From Octopus sinensis (lineage: Eukaryota), in NCBI RefSeq assembly GCF_006345805.1, contig NC_043002.1:120094001-120158000 (forward strand): DNA of 64,000 bases. The letters are read 5' to 3'. Position numbers and translations under genes: made by a program. A model generated the notes under the pieces. That model searched no databases. It saw only the letters and a program-made list of their open reading frames with translations, and was not told the DNA's origin. The number at the start of each line of letters is the position of its first letter. The first letter of the stretch is position 1. Positions 1 through 13,850 of this stretch are shown piece by piece.

Positions 1-51
1 ATTAAGGATCCGCTTCCCATAAATATTGAAATGTAATAATTCAATGGAACA

Positions 52-471
52 ATTTTTTTTTTTTTTTTTTTACTTGTTTCAGTCATTTGACTGCGGCCAT
101 GCTGGAGCACCGCCTTTGTCGAGCAGATCGACCCCGGGACTTATTCTTTGTAAGCCCAGCACTTATTCTATCGGTCTCTTTTTGCCGAACCGCTAAGTGA
201 TGGGGACATGAACATACCAGCATCGGTTGTCGAGCAATGCTAGGGGGACAAACACAGACACACAAACACATACACACACACTTACATATATATATATATA
301 CATATATACGACAGGCTTCTTTCAGTTTCCGTCTACCAAATCCACTCACAAGGCATTGGTCGGCCCGAGGCTATAGTAGAAGCCACTTGCCCAAGGTGCC
401 ACGCAGTGGGATTGAACCCGGAACCATGTGGTTGGTTAGCAAGCTACTTACCACACAGCCACTCCTGCGCC
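52..471 (-). mobile_element. tRNA-derived SINE, family A (possibly the abundant octopus Twhk SINE; name not verifiable here), full length
   Basis: Minus strand begins GGCGCAGGAGTGGCTGTGTGG (A-box-like) and GGTTCAATCCC (B-box); central TA/TG microsatellite; ends CAGTCAAATGACTGAAACAAGT plus A-rich tail; about 12 similar copies in the window. Confidence 0.9.
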
Positions 472-1219
472 ATGATAGATGACAGTCTGCGATTCGGAGC
501 TCGAATCAAGAAATTCATTACTATATTTCATACAAACAGACATTAAAGCTTCCTGAACATCGTAATACTAATACTCCTTAACTTGAACCTATTTTCTCCC
601 TCAATCATCTTGCTATTTCTGGTTTCGAAGAAGCCTTATACTTTCATTCAATCAAATTAACTCTCATGCTATAATCTCAGTGATCAGATGCGCTTAAAAA
701 TTCGTAACATTATCCGGTAAATTAGCTACAAATCTCGCTTGAACTATAACAGTATAACACTCATGCTATCAATCAGTGACATCTCCAATAAAACATAACA
801 GGAAGGATTTTCTAATTGTGTAATAAATGAAAATTCTAATGAAATTTTAGTTATTAGCTCTTATCATTGTCAGTAAAGAATGATAGGTCCACGCAGACTC
901 TTTATCGACAATTTTGGAAACAGCAATGTGTATAACATTTATATACATATGTGTGTGTGTGTGTGTGGGGGGGTATAATTAAAAAGGAATATAAGAATAT
1001 ATATTACGAAGGATATATCATAAACAAGTAATAATTATTAATTAATATATCAGTGGTTAAACATGTAATAATAAATTAGATAAAAGAAGAGTGTAATTAT
1101 GAATAAATCACAAATATAACGGAGTGGGTTTCAAAAACACCTACATGTTTAGAAATAGCAATCAAAAGCCACTATAAAACCTCTATTATCACTCATATTT
1201 TATCTCCTTCCAATAAAGC

Positions 1220-1686
1220 CATCAGACTGCAGCCAAGCTGGAGCACTGCGTTAAAGGGTTTTAAAGGAACAAATCAACCCCAGGACTTATTCATTGTAAG
1301 CCTAGTACTTATTATATCGGTCACTTTTGCCAAATCGCTGGGTTACGGGAACATAAACACACCAGTAACGATTGTCAAGCGACGATGGGGCGGACAAACA
1401 GAGACACAAAGACACATACACATAAATATGCGTATATATATATGTGTGTGTGTATGTGTATGTGTGTGTGTGCACGTGCGCGTGTGCGTGTGTGTGTGTT
1501 TGTTTGTATATATATATATATATATACACCGGGATTCTTTTAGTTTCCATCTACAAAATCCTCTCTCAAGATTTTGGTCAGCCCAAGGATATAGTGGAAG
1601 ACACTTAACCAAGATGCCACGCAGTGGGACTGAATCCAGAACCATGTCGCTGGGAAGCAAGCTTCTTACCACACAGACATGCATGC
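1220..1686 (-). mobile_element. SINE family A, diverged copy
   Basis: Colinear with 52-471 (CAAGATGCCACGCAGTGGGACTGAATCC, central TG/TA tract, tail region). Confidence 0.85.
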
Positions 1687-4399
1687 GACTTTTACCATTA
1701 CAGTCTTTTACAACACATATACAAACTTGTTAGCAGTTCAAATAGGCCTGAGGCAAATTCGAACCCGCACTGCATTTTATCATGGAGAAAACTTCTCGAA
1801 ATACACCGACTCTGTTCGGTGCTGGTGCATGCATGAATTTCGCAGTTGTAATCTCTTCTTCAGGAAAGGTATACGTTACGAATTGACAAGAGAGATAGGT
1901 CTCTCTTATTAAATTCGCATCATTGGTTGCGCTAGTCTGCGGCTCATCGTAGAGGAAATATGGAATGGAACCGCTAATCATTGATGTGTGTTAATACTAA
2001 CTTGTTATCAGTTCATATTTGAACCCGTAAGAAAATTATTGACTGTATTTTGTAATGGAGAAAATTTCTTGCTGATAGGTGTAACCACTGGAAGTCAGTT
2101 CTCGGTACTCTCCAACCAGACTGGGGGATCCATGCATTTCGGAGTGGTTAGCTCCTTTTCAGTCCTAGAGTCTAGAGAGGCGCTGCATGTGTGTGTACAG
2201 ACACACACACACGCACACATACAAACATATACACACCCACACACACATACACGCGTATAATTTCAACAGACACCACGCAGTTATTGTAGCAAAAGAAGCT
2301 CATATCAGGATAAAAAAAGACAATTTTATACAATGTCCCCATGAGACATGGCATGAAAAAGTCCAAAATATATCTTGCAACATTTTACTGATTTGGAGAA
2401 TATGGACACAAACTCAAGTATGTTAATAGTATGGATTTTGATAAAGAATTTCAATAAATGAGTTACTAAATAATCCTCAATCAAATGTTTGCTTTATTTT
2501 GCGAGAGGAAATATAAATGCAGCCATTGGCTTTTCTCCTTTATTATTTCATTCTACTCATTTTGTTTTAATTATGAAAATTTTGCAGGACGAAAGTATTT
2601 GTAAATTTTATTCTGTATGTAATTTCTGTTGTCAGCCGATCAAAGAAGGAGTGATTAAACTATGCCGGACCCCTGAGATTGAAATATGTTTGTATCTGTC
2701 TTCTTGCTTGCAAAGATTAAATTTCCTGTAAGCAAGTGAATCAATTTAGAAGATTAATTATTAATTTCTCAAAATTACCTGCTTTTCCTTGACAGTCACT
2801 AAATTTTACAGCTATTTTGTTGTATTTCTCAAACTGAGACAAATATTCTAATTAACTAGAATTGTTTGCAGGTTATTTGTTTCTTACCCGCATAAGTATT
2901 AAATGTTTCGGGGAAAATAAACGCTGTGGGTTCTAAACGACATTATTTTATACGCACCTCTTCAATGTAAGCAATTATTATGATCATTGTACACTTGTGT
3001 GACACCGTAATTGAATATCGTACAAAACCAAACTGTTTCTGTAATAAGCAGTTAACTATTTCTTCAATCTCGAGAAAATAGTTTTAATTAAACGACATAT
3101 CACAGTCATAAAATTGAAAACAGATTCTATGGGCAATTTTCAATCCAGAATTATTTGTATACAACGATGTAGTTGAATACAGGGAGATTATCTACATCTA
3201 ACTGCTTCAAGGAGTATGAAAGAGATATATTTTGTAGTGTAGTTGGAAGAACAAAATTTTTCAAGGAAAACATCAGCCCTTATGAAAGAAGAAATTCGGG
3301 AATCAAATAGACTAATTTGCCGGTAGCTCAATTATTACTTTTCATTTTACTCCACTACATTCTTCAAAGCTTGTTATCTCATTCATTCCTCTTTGATTTC
3401 TCAACGATGTCGACGAAAATGTCTTTTAACTTAATGAGATTTTAGACGACATCTACCACGCTGTTTTCTTCCTAAAACTACTCTAATTGCTCAATCAGTT
3501 CGTTAAGACTTCTGTTTACAGTTCTTTCATTAATGTTTGCAATTAAGTGAAAGCATGTACAAGTGATTTCCTAGAGTACAATCTTATCTTCTTTCACCAT
3601 GTATTTCGACATTATGTCGGCGGCTATAATCAATAGCTGTTAGGCTATTATCATTTCTACTAACAAGTTAATAAGTTTTTTGGGTTTTTTTTTTTAGATA
3701 ATATCGCAATTTTCTGATCGATATGAATGGTTACGTTCATTAGAAATGAACCTACCTTATGTTTGAAATTTTCTGTTTTTACCCCATCATTATTTTGTAT
3801 ATTTTCTAATTGTTTCTTTATTATTCCAAACAAAATCTATGTATATAAATGTGATAAGATGGTTTATTAATGAATTAAAAACCCCTACCTTTATATCAGC
3901 TATTTCCTTAAACAAATCCTTTAATATATGTGAGTGTGCGTGTGTGTGTGCGTGGGTGTTTGTGTGCAAATGTTACTGAATATTTTTGCATTTCAAAATA
4001 ATAGTTACACAATGAAAGCTAGAATAACAGTGGTGTGCGGTGACAGATTAAATAGCTTACAATATAGTTTATTAGTTAGGTCTAGAATAAGAGGTTTTGG
4101 TTATAGTGAGATAAATATGTTTAATGTTTCTCTGAACATGATACTATTTGACGACTGCTGAATGAAGCACACAGGAATAGAATTCCAGAGAACTGATATT
4201 GTAGGGAAAAAGCTGAAAAAGTGGACAAAAAACGAGCAACGAAAGGAAGATGTATGAAACCAGCGTGCTCCAAGAAACAGAGACCATTGCCAGAATGGCC
4301 GAAAAAGCAAATAAGGCAGACCATCTTTGAGTTAGAGATTGGAGTGTTTGGTGAGTAGAATGTTGATAATCCAACGTGATACCATTTGGAGGACACCAT

Positions 4400-4786
4400 G
4401 GATGGAATCACTCCGTCGGTTACGACGACGAGGGTTCCGGTTGATCCGAATCAACGGAACAGCCTGCTCGTGGAATTAACGTGTAAGTGGCTGAGCACTC
4501 CACAGACACGTGTACCCTTAACGTAGTTCTCGGGGATATTCAGCGTGACACAGCGAGTGACAAGGCCGGCCCCTTTGAAATACAGGTACAACAGAAACAG
4601 GAAGTAAGAGTGAGAGAAAGTTGTGGTGAAAGAGTACAGCAGGGATCACCACCATCCCCTGCCGGAGGCTCGTGGAGCTTTAGGTGTTTTCGCTCAATAA
4701 ACACTCACAACGCCCGGTCTGGGAATCGAAACCGCGATCCTACGACCGCGAATCCGCTGCCCTAACCACTGGGCCATTGCGCCTCC
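4400..4786 (-). mobile_element. tRNA-derived SINE, family B, full length with 12-bp TSD
   Basis: Minus strand head GGAGGCGCAATGGCCCAGTGGTTAGGG...GGTTTCGATTCCC; TSD GGAGGACACCAT at 4388-4399 and 4787-4798; highly similar to 44394-44774. Confidence 0.92.
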
Positions 4787-5546
4787 GGAGGACACCATAT
4801 AGGATATTTGAATAATCAGTAGCCTCACGAACCCAAATGAAGGAACCGTATGTAGTTTCAGGCCTCTCTAAAACTGACCAAATTCAACCGAGGGTGATAG
4901 ACACTACAACGTTTTCGAGATATGTAATGAAAGAAATATAACGACTTATATGTCATCCGAATACGTGACCCCATAGTTTGATATTACATTACAGCGAGGA
5001 AAATGAAGGAACTTTTAGGTGTTTACTTGAACTAAAAGAAAGAGTAGTCAAAAATGGTAACCTGTCGACTAAAAACAAAAATTAAGATATTTGACAATGT
5101 AGCTTTAAAAGCTCTAAAAATAGGATGGTTATGGTTCTGATAGAAAAAGTCTGCTCGATAACGATCGATCGAGGTTAAACAACAATCTGCTTGGAAATGT
5201 AACATTTTCTATTGAGACATTTGATACCATATATAATAGTGATTTAAATACGTTATCGAAACCAGTTTACAGAAAACTTAGTTATTTTTTACTGATAAAC
5301 ACTAAAAAGAAAATAGATCAAAGTAACTAGTTTGAGTTGGTATTAAACTGTATGAAAAGGTATATAGAACCAGATGAACTGGAATTGCGTGTACTATTAC
5401 AATTCAGAGATTTCTACACAAAAATATTTTCTGCTTAAATAGATACGATAATATACTGCACTTAAAAGTTTACTGTTCTTTTACAGGGTGTAAAATATTC
5501 AATAGCTCTTCTCACGGCAGTACAAAAAGATGTTGACAATTAGATT

Positions 5547-5548
5547 AC

Positions 5549-5603
<55 letters not shown>

Positions 5604-5697
5604 TATATATATATGTATGTATTTATGTATGTATGTATGTATGTATGTATGTATGTATGTATGTATGTATGTGTGTGTGTATGTGTGTGTGTGTGTG
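5547..5697. repeat. Compound microsatellite (TA)n-(TATG)n-(TG)n
   Basis: Read directly. Confidence 0.95.
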
Positions 5698-8307
5698 AAA
5701 GATGGTGAGATCTTCGTTCGGATACAATAGAAGATACACCGATAAATTCATGTTTCATAACGTTTCCACAATAGAGAAGAGTAAGGACTTTAATTAACAA
5801 CCGAATATATATTGGAAGGTTAGAGAAGTATTGTGCTTGGACAGATTTAGGAGTTTTATTAAAATTCAAATGATTTCATGACTACACATAATGTTAAATT
5901 CAAGGCGATAGTGTTTATTGATCTATAAATTTTCTTAAGCTTAGAAGTTTATAGCAGGCCTGGTTTGTAGAATGTCTTACCTCTAAAAGACGGTTCGCAT
6001 CACAGACTTCATTGTGTTCTCTTTATGGTTCAAAACCGTTTCTTTCCTAACGATTCTTAACTTATGTATGTAATCGTAAGTGAAGCATTATCAGATACAT
6101 CACGAACATTGTATTAGCTTGCAGCTCAAATGCGTATAATGAGTTTATCTCAGAATGCATGGCGATATTACTAAACTGATAATTGATAGAGATTCATAAA
6201 AAACGTTTTAGCTTTACCTCAGGTGTAGAGAGAGAAAATTAATGATAAAAATATTCCAGCCGTGATCATCACCTACTTTTAGAGTTTGTTTAATATAGAA
6301 TCTCTCATACCAATTTCACACGGAAAACATGGAGATGATCTGAACCAATTATAACATGATTTTGGAGTGAGCTGCTTAACCACCACCACTAATGAGTTTA
6401 CCGCTGCTTATATATTTACTTCTTTGGTGTTGCACAAGAGCCTAACAAACTCATGGCATTATTAGAAAATAAAATCACTTATTTTAAACTCACTCTTCTC
6501 AAAGTTAAATATTTCTAAGATTTATTACTCTAACTAGCTTTTACGTTCACAGTTTCCGTTTTAAGATTTAGTTCAGTCTAGTAAGGCTGCAGTCGAGATG
6601 GTCATGTAACTGGCGGGAAAATTGAATTGTTGTTTAGACATGAAGTGTTTTCCTGTGTTATGAAGTTGCACAGAAATTTTTCATCTATTTCATTTGAATA
6701 AAATCCCATTGATTCATAACTGTTTTAAGTTTTAAGACGTGATTACAAACAGACATTTGATAAAAAAAAGGAGACATTTGCCTGAATAGTATTGTACACT
6801 ATAAATTCGGCCTATAATTTGTAAAAAGTTATGAAGAATTACTAAATGATCTGTCTCAAAATATGTTTCAAGTATAGAACAAAATAAACTAACATATAAA
6901 CTTGCGATAGTTTAACACGATTAAGAAATTAGAACTTTTGCAGTTCAGTTTATTATATCGATCCATTTTCCCAATTCATTTTATTCCTAGCCAAGCAACA
7001 TTTTCCTTTGATTCTTTTTAGGTACATTCCTCATTCACCTATTTTCCAGATTATACCGCGATCAGGCATTCAACGCTTTTAACATATGTGAAAGGAATTT
7101 TCAACAGGCACAAGTGTTCCGCATAGTTGTACATAAAATTGCAGCTATTGCTAAGATAATTCTTTATACTCAATGTTGGCAACACTTTTCAAATAAAAGT
7201 ATCATGTCTAAGCATTCCCATGATAAGACTGAAAACGTGAAATGTCTATGTAACGGTCGTAAATATAAGCTACATGAAACCGGGATTTAATGCAAATAAA
7301 ACTAAACTGAAACGGTGTTAGTCAAAAACACATGAAGGAGAACAGAATCAACATGCTAAATATTTTTGCACTGAGTTTTAAAATATTGTAGCTAAATAAT
7401 AGGTTTCAAAAGATTATTCAAAAAGTAAAATGTCTCGCAATATAAACTGAGTTTCTAAGAAGATAATGTAAAAACGCTTGTTCTGATTCTTCAAATGGAA
7501 TCCTAGCTTGTAAAGTATCGATTTTACTGCTCCATTCTAGAAATATCGTTTAGAATCTTTATAAATAGATGCGAATTAATTTCTTAATTTTTTTCCTTTC
7601 ACGTGTTTATTTGAATGTTTTATCATCGACGGAAAACACTTTCAAATACAAATATGTCGAAAAGAAAATCTCAGCCAAAACAGAAGCAAGCTAACAAACA
7701 AATAGATATAAGGCTTCTGAGGTACTTGATTATTCGAACGTTTTCAAATGTCAAGTTATTAAAGAATGAGATTTAATAAAAGAACTCCATTCCTTTTCTC
7801 AGTCAATTCAAGCATGATTATTGATGTAATTCTGAATATGTATTTTCACCAGAGAAACATCACATCATCTAATCTTGACATACACAAGTTAACAACATTA
7901 AATGAAAGTGTAGAGAGAGAATATGTAGGTGAGGCGATATGTGAAAGAGGCAGAAATGTAAACAGAAAGAGAGTAAGAGAGGAAATATTCGAATTTAGTT
8001 TAATATAGCTCTCAGTCTATAGGGACTTTCTATTTTATTAATAGTAAGAGAGATTGGAAAGAAAGCACAAAAGTGAGAGTCCTTTTAGAGTTTCTTATAT
8101 TCTTAATCACTCCATTCAAAATTCTAGAACAAGGGAGAAAGAATGGCACAGAGTAAGGTGAGGGAAATAGCAAGACCTATATTGGGGAAATAAGAGAGAG
8201 AGAGAGAAATAGACAGACTGAGGGTGAGAGAGAGCGAGAGAGAGAAAACAATACTTACTCTTTCTCTCTAAATCATGCATACAAATATACATACGTACAT
8301 ACATACA

Positions 8308-8351
<44 letters not shown>

Positions 8352-8714
8352 CACACTAATAAATATGTACGTATGTATCTGTATGTTTCACTTTCACACA
8401 CACAGGCGCATGCGCACACAATCACTTTCACACTTTGTCAATTCTTCAATGGTTTTCTATTTATAAATTTCTAAACCTACTTTTAGAAAACACCAGAATA
8501 ACAAAGGTATTCAATGCCTTCAAAATTGTTTGGTTTAAAAGAATTTTCGATATCCAAGCGATTTGTAAAGTAAAACACTCCCACTTTTAGTATATTTAGT
8601 TGTTTAGTATCAACTATGACAAACTGGCAGATACATTGATATTCATTCTTCTATAGATGTATCGACTTCGAAAGTTTGTTTCCCTTTATTATTGCTATAA
8701 AATATTGTATTGGG

Positions 8715-9030
8715 AACCGCAAATATATAGTCTTATATAATATTGTTTATCGAGCTGCAACTATATATTGTTATATATTTTTGAATGGCGACTGCGTCTT
8801 TATGTGGCAATATATTATCGTATTGTGAACTGTAAATATCTATTGCAATATAATATTGTTTGGTGAAGTAAAATATATATTTTTTATGTCATGTGTTACA
8901 CTGAACTTCAAGTATATATTGTTATATAATGTTCTGCAGTCCATTGCAAAATTATCATGTATATTTTTAAGTGCAAATGTATATTGTCAAATATAATTTT
9001 ATTCTCAACTGCAAATATATATTATTTTGT
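8715..9030. repeat. Degenerate ~38-bp minisatellite, about 8-9 units
   Basis: Units resembling AACTGCAAATATATATTGTTATATAATATTG start at about 8715, 8753, 8790, 8828, 8866, 8904 and continue less regularly to about 9030. Confidence 0.65.
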
Positions 9031-10699
9031 AAGATCGTAAGAGGAAATACAATAACAAAATATATATTTCATCATAAATAGAATATGTGTTTTGACTGAA
9101 GAAGACTACTGATGTAATCCATGTTTTCATATTTGGCTATACTTATTTTCGCTTATCATGTATCTACTCTCCTTTGAAAATACCAGAAAATGTTCATGAA
9201 ATTCATAGCAGAGGTGAAATAGTCATTCTTTTCTTAATCTGCCGATTAAGGAAAGGATAGCTGAGAACACTGTATTTTACTATATATATTATATACCGCG
9301 TGGGATATATAGTATTAAAATTATACATTCTTTACACGCTGTTCTTGCTTCAATAATGTATGTGTATTACCATAACTGTCTCCCAAGAATAATAGCCAAT
9401 ATAAATGCTAGTTGGTTATTTGATTTGGGTAGATTTTTAGTCTCTCATTATATCTTATTGAGAACGTGAGATAGTACAAAAAGATACAAAGAAAGTGAGC
9501 TGAAGGGGTACAGGATGAGCGTACAAACGAAGCCTGGTGGAAAGCAACGATTTCTTGAAAAAATCACTTATTTTAATGAAATTTTGTTGCGATAGATTTC
9601 CGAAGGAGCAGATTGCGACCATGTTGATAAAATTTAGAAAACTAATGACACTTTTATTGCAAATATACAAAGGAAACATTTGTTGCATTTATTCTGAAGG
9701 TTATGAATACTTTTCTCTTGAAGATTATTAGCCATTCCACTGCTTGTAAAAGCGTCAAATACGTTGATGAGACTTAAATTATAATTATTGTATGTATACT
9801 TTAGTTCCTAATATTGCCTATAGTGGCAAGAGTATCCATATAAAGCTACCCGTCATATGACGTGTAACAGTTGAGCATATAATAAAAACAACTTTTCAAT
9901 TCCCAGTTACTGCTGTTCTTTCATCATTAGTTCCCAAACTTATTCCACTCATCTGTAATTAATGTATTGTATTATTTTAGTTATATGTGATTGAATGCAT
10001 AAATTGCTACATTTATTTCGATTTGAAAACATAACAATCGTGTTTATACGTGTAAACCATTCTATATTGCATATATCTTCACTTTCTAGGTATATCACCC
10101 CTACAAAACTTTGTGTTTTTTTTTTAATTGTTAGTTTTATATACTCTCTTAGTTGATAAAGTATTTCTGATCTAGGTGAGAAAATACAATACATACAATA
10201 AATAAAATCCATCTTTTATCGGATAATGATAGGCTCCAGATGTAAATTAATAGGGTAATTGACGAGTGTGTCGTTCAGTTCCACTGGTGAGTATGATCTG
10301 AAGAGCAATGAGCTTCCACCGATGTCTTCGATTATACAAGAGAATTGAAAAGCAGTCAGTTATTGCTGTTTAGCTCTTGAGATTGCGCTGACCTACGACC
10401 AACGGTCTTCCATTTTGGACTATTGTGTATTTTAATATCTAGTACTATACTGTCTGGTGTGTTTTTCTTGTGCTAGAATGATAAATTTTGGTTTGAAGAT
10501 TTACCTACAATATGGCTCGCCACAATGGCCTTCATTTACAAAATCAGGCAATCAGATATTAAATATTTAAAACATTCTTTAGAAAATATCAAAGAATTCC
10601 TGGAAAACAGTTCAAAATATAGCAACTCAATCATTTAAATCGGTGAGGGAAGTTGTTCAATATAATGTTCCAATGAGTTTACAGTCCATCCATTTTCCC

Positions 10700-11915
10700 T
10701 GGAAGGGTCAAAGGGTAGGGTCCTTAATCCCCAGTTCACCGTAGGGTCCAATCAGAAGCAACCATCATTACACTTTCCAGCCGGATTCTCAAGCGTGTCC
10801 AACGAAACTATGGATATCCAGCCGTCTCGTTCTTGGTCTACACCTAGGTCTTCTGCCGGCTAATTCGACTTCAAGAATCCGTCTTGTGATTCTTTCCTTT
10901 GCCTTTCTAATTACAAGTCCGTAATACCAGAGCTGTGACCTCCCAATGCGCAGAAGTAGCGGCTCGACCTGGAGAAATTACTTGATCTCCGAGTTATGCA
11001 CTCTGTCGAGTAATTTTGCTCTAGAGATACATCGAAGAAACCTCATTTGAGCCGCCTGTATTCATGATTGTACTTTTTTAGCCATTATTCATCATTCATG
11101 ATTATAGGTAAGGATAGATACGGAAGCTGGATCGAAGATTGCAAGTTTGCTTTCAGTACCACTCTCTTCACTTTTGCGGAAAATTATCTACAAAATATAA
11201 CTTACAAATCAGAAACATAATAAATAAGGTACATAGTTTAAACTTTAACCGCAAATTATTGTGGCGTTTAAATCTGATAGTTACGAACTTTCTGCAACTC
11301 TGGCATCAAATTTAGACTTCCGCTTTCTATCAATCATGAATACGGTCCTGAGAGAGTTAAACTTCTATTGTTGTCTCAGTGATGTTCTATTAACGTGCAA
11401 AGTGCACTGTGAAGACTTTCTTGAAAGGACCAAGGTCTCAATCTTAGTATCTCAAATTCTCATCCCTTCCTTGCCGCACTCAGCAGCTAACCCATATAAT
11501 GCACGGCTGGAGATCATCGACTGATGAATCAGGTAGTGGTAAAGGCGGCGAGCTGGCAGAATCGTTAGCACGCCGGGCGAAATGCATAACGGTATTTTGT
11601 CTGCCGCCACGTTGTGAGTTCAAATTCCGCCGGGGTCGACTTTGCCTTTCATCCTTTCGGGGTCGATAGATCAATTACCAGTTACGCACTGGGGTCGATG
11701 TAATCGACTTAATCCCTTTGTCTGTCCTTGTTTGTCCCCTCTGTGTTTAGCTTCTTGTGGGTAGTAAAGAAATAGGTATGTCGCCTGCTAATATGAGCTG
11801 ACCAACTCTATACCAAGAGATTGTGAAACCACTTCCACGACGGCTCCGCATGTCTATCCAGTTCATAAAAATCACGAAATGGAAAGGTGACAACACGAAC
11901 TCCGATTGAGCGTGA
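10700..11915 (-). mobile_element. RTE-clade LINE fossil (RT motifs to C-terminus), interrupted by a SINE and a short AT-rich insert
   Basis: Manual minus-strand translation gives, in RTE order: QSEFVLSPFHFVIFMNWID (QGCVLSP-like), LILAGDI (FADD-like), GMRI*DTKIETLVLSRK, ILTYNHE, IQAAQMRFLRCISRAKLLDRVHN, LLRIGRSQLWYYG, GRRPRCRPRTRRLD. Confidence 0.8.
11542..11775 (+). mobile_element. SINE family C (tRNA-like head plus Deu/Nin-like core), nested in the RTE fossil
   Basis: Head GGCGGCGAGCTGGCAGAA...GAGTTCAAATTCC; core GACTTTGCCTTTCATCCTTTCGGGGTCGAT resembles the Deu/Nin SINE domain (from memory); near-identical copy at 32205. Confidence 0.8.
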
Positions 11916-13168
11916 TTTAAAGTAATTTATTCGGAACATCTGGATCAGAAACATAATAAATATGGTACATAGTTTAAACTTTAACCGCAAATTATTAGTG
12001 AGAAGTCGAAAAATGATATTTAATAATTTTCTGTTTAGTTTTTGTTCGATTCTTCGACATGTTACTTTGTTGCCAGGAACTGCTGAGCCGGGTGACAATA
12101 TAAATGTTCTGGTAGGTTAGAAACTAGGTAAACCAACGATAAAGATAAAACAAAAGACGGATATAAGGAGAGAGAGAGAGAGAGAGAAATAAAGACGGAA
12201 ATGCGGAAGTGGAAAGTAGGGGGGTAGGTGTAGGGTATACAACAGGTTTGTTTATGTAGTCACTTCATATCATTAGTTTTATATTCTAATTATTTAAGTT
12301 ATTAATTAGAATCAGAATTCTTCTGTTTAATATTTTATTTCGTTGTAGAAAAATACTTTAAATATGTACCGCTCTCAGTAATTTTAACTCTAAGTGGCGT
12401 GATTAGAGCACAACATTTTCTAGATCAAACGAAATTGAACTATAATTAATTTTAATCAATTTATATTTTATTTCCACCTTTTCCTACTGCAATAATGGCT
12501 GGAAGAACTTTCTAGACTTACCGTTATCAGGTCAGATATATGATTCTCTAGTGTATTTCCTTTACTTAGTAATTAATATGCGAGATAGCCGAGTTATTTG
12601 ATAATTACTGATATAAAATTGCTATGTGATTGCGTATATTGCTTGGCGATTGTGTAATAATTATAATTGTATCATAGTTTTGTGACTTTTAACCTACAGA
12701 AACGTAATCTTGCAATCGATTACGGATTACAGCATGACAGATGATACTCTGTCTTTATCAAACATAAACAATTCATATACCGACAATACATTAAATTTCA
12801 TCATCTTTTACACACACTTTATTCATATATTTAATTATTCCCTCAATATATTACATAGCTGATACTTTTGATTCTTTACTACTGATGCTTAAATTCGTGC
12901 ACATTGCATTAATTAAGCTGTTTCTCATAATATATTTCTTATTCCATCGTTGTTTCAAATAATTTTTTGAGTTAATATTTAATGGATATATTTCACAAGT
13001 GGATATTATGCGAATTTTAACTTAAAGTTTTGAAGAATGCTTCAAGATCTACAGAGCTAAGAGAAGTTTAACTAATCAACGGTAACATTTAAAATGAGCC
13101 TAATTTTTATCAACTTCGTTATAGACATTCTGTCGAAAGTCTAGGATGATAATCAGGATGATAATATA

Positions 13169-13578
13169 GGTGCAGGAGTGGCTGTGTGGTAAGTAGCTTG
13201 CTTACCAACCACATGGTTCCGGGTTCAGTCCAACTGCATGGCACCTTGGGCAAGTGTCTTCTACTATAGCCTCGGGCCAACCGAAGCCTTGTGAGTGGAT
13301 TTGGTAGACGGAAACTGAAAGAACCCCGTCGTATATATGTACATATATATGTGTGTGTGTATGTTTGTGTGTCTGTGCTTGTTCCCCTAGCATTGCTTGA
13401 CAACCGATGCTGGTGTGTGTAGGTTGCCGTAACTTAGCGGTTCGGCAAAAGAGACCGATAGAATAAGTACTGGGCTTACAAAGAATAAGTCCCGGGGTCG
13501 AGTTGCTCGATTAAAGGCGGTGCTCCAGCATGGCCGCAGTCAAATGACTGAAACAAGTAAAAGAGTAAATAGTAAAGA
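13169..13578 (+). mobile_element. SINE family A, full length
   Basis: Colinear with the other family A copies; tail of AAAGAGT-like repeats. Confidence 0.9.
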
Positions 13579-13680
13579 GTGTAATAGCAGGAATCGTAGT
13601 ATCGGTGTTAATCGATCTTCTCCACTTGTTTCTTTCTCCAGATCATGTGTCCAAACTGCCGTTATCAAAGTTTATTCTTT

Positions 13681-13850
13681 CATATTTAGTTTGACTACAT
13701 ATTTTAAATTCAATTACGGTCTGCCCTAATTTGCCGCATCACTGGATAACTGTGAACAGAGTGTCTTCCGCAAACGATTGTCGTCTATTCGTTGGATATG
13801 CCCTAATATATCTTCCTTTCTGGAAAGGAAGCTAACGAGCTTATCTTTCT
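13681..13850 (-). mobile_element. RTE/BovB-like LINE C-terminal fossil
   Basis: Minus strand reads LGHIQRIDDNRLRKTLCSQLSSDAAN*GRP*LNLKYVVKLNMK, resembling the GHVxRMxDxRLPK...GRPxLRFKD C-terminus of RTE ORF2. Confidence 0.55.

Noticed and set aside
4130-5040. Purine-rich host of SINE B with faint KANKGRP / W-VFG similarity to Merlin-type transposases
   Set aside because: Needs several frameshifts and no TIRs were found; too weak to call.
8715-9030. CRISPR-like reading of the periodic repeat
   Set aside because: Contiguous degenerate units without unique spacers, no cas genes, eukaryotic context.
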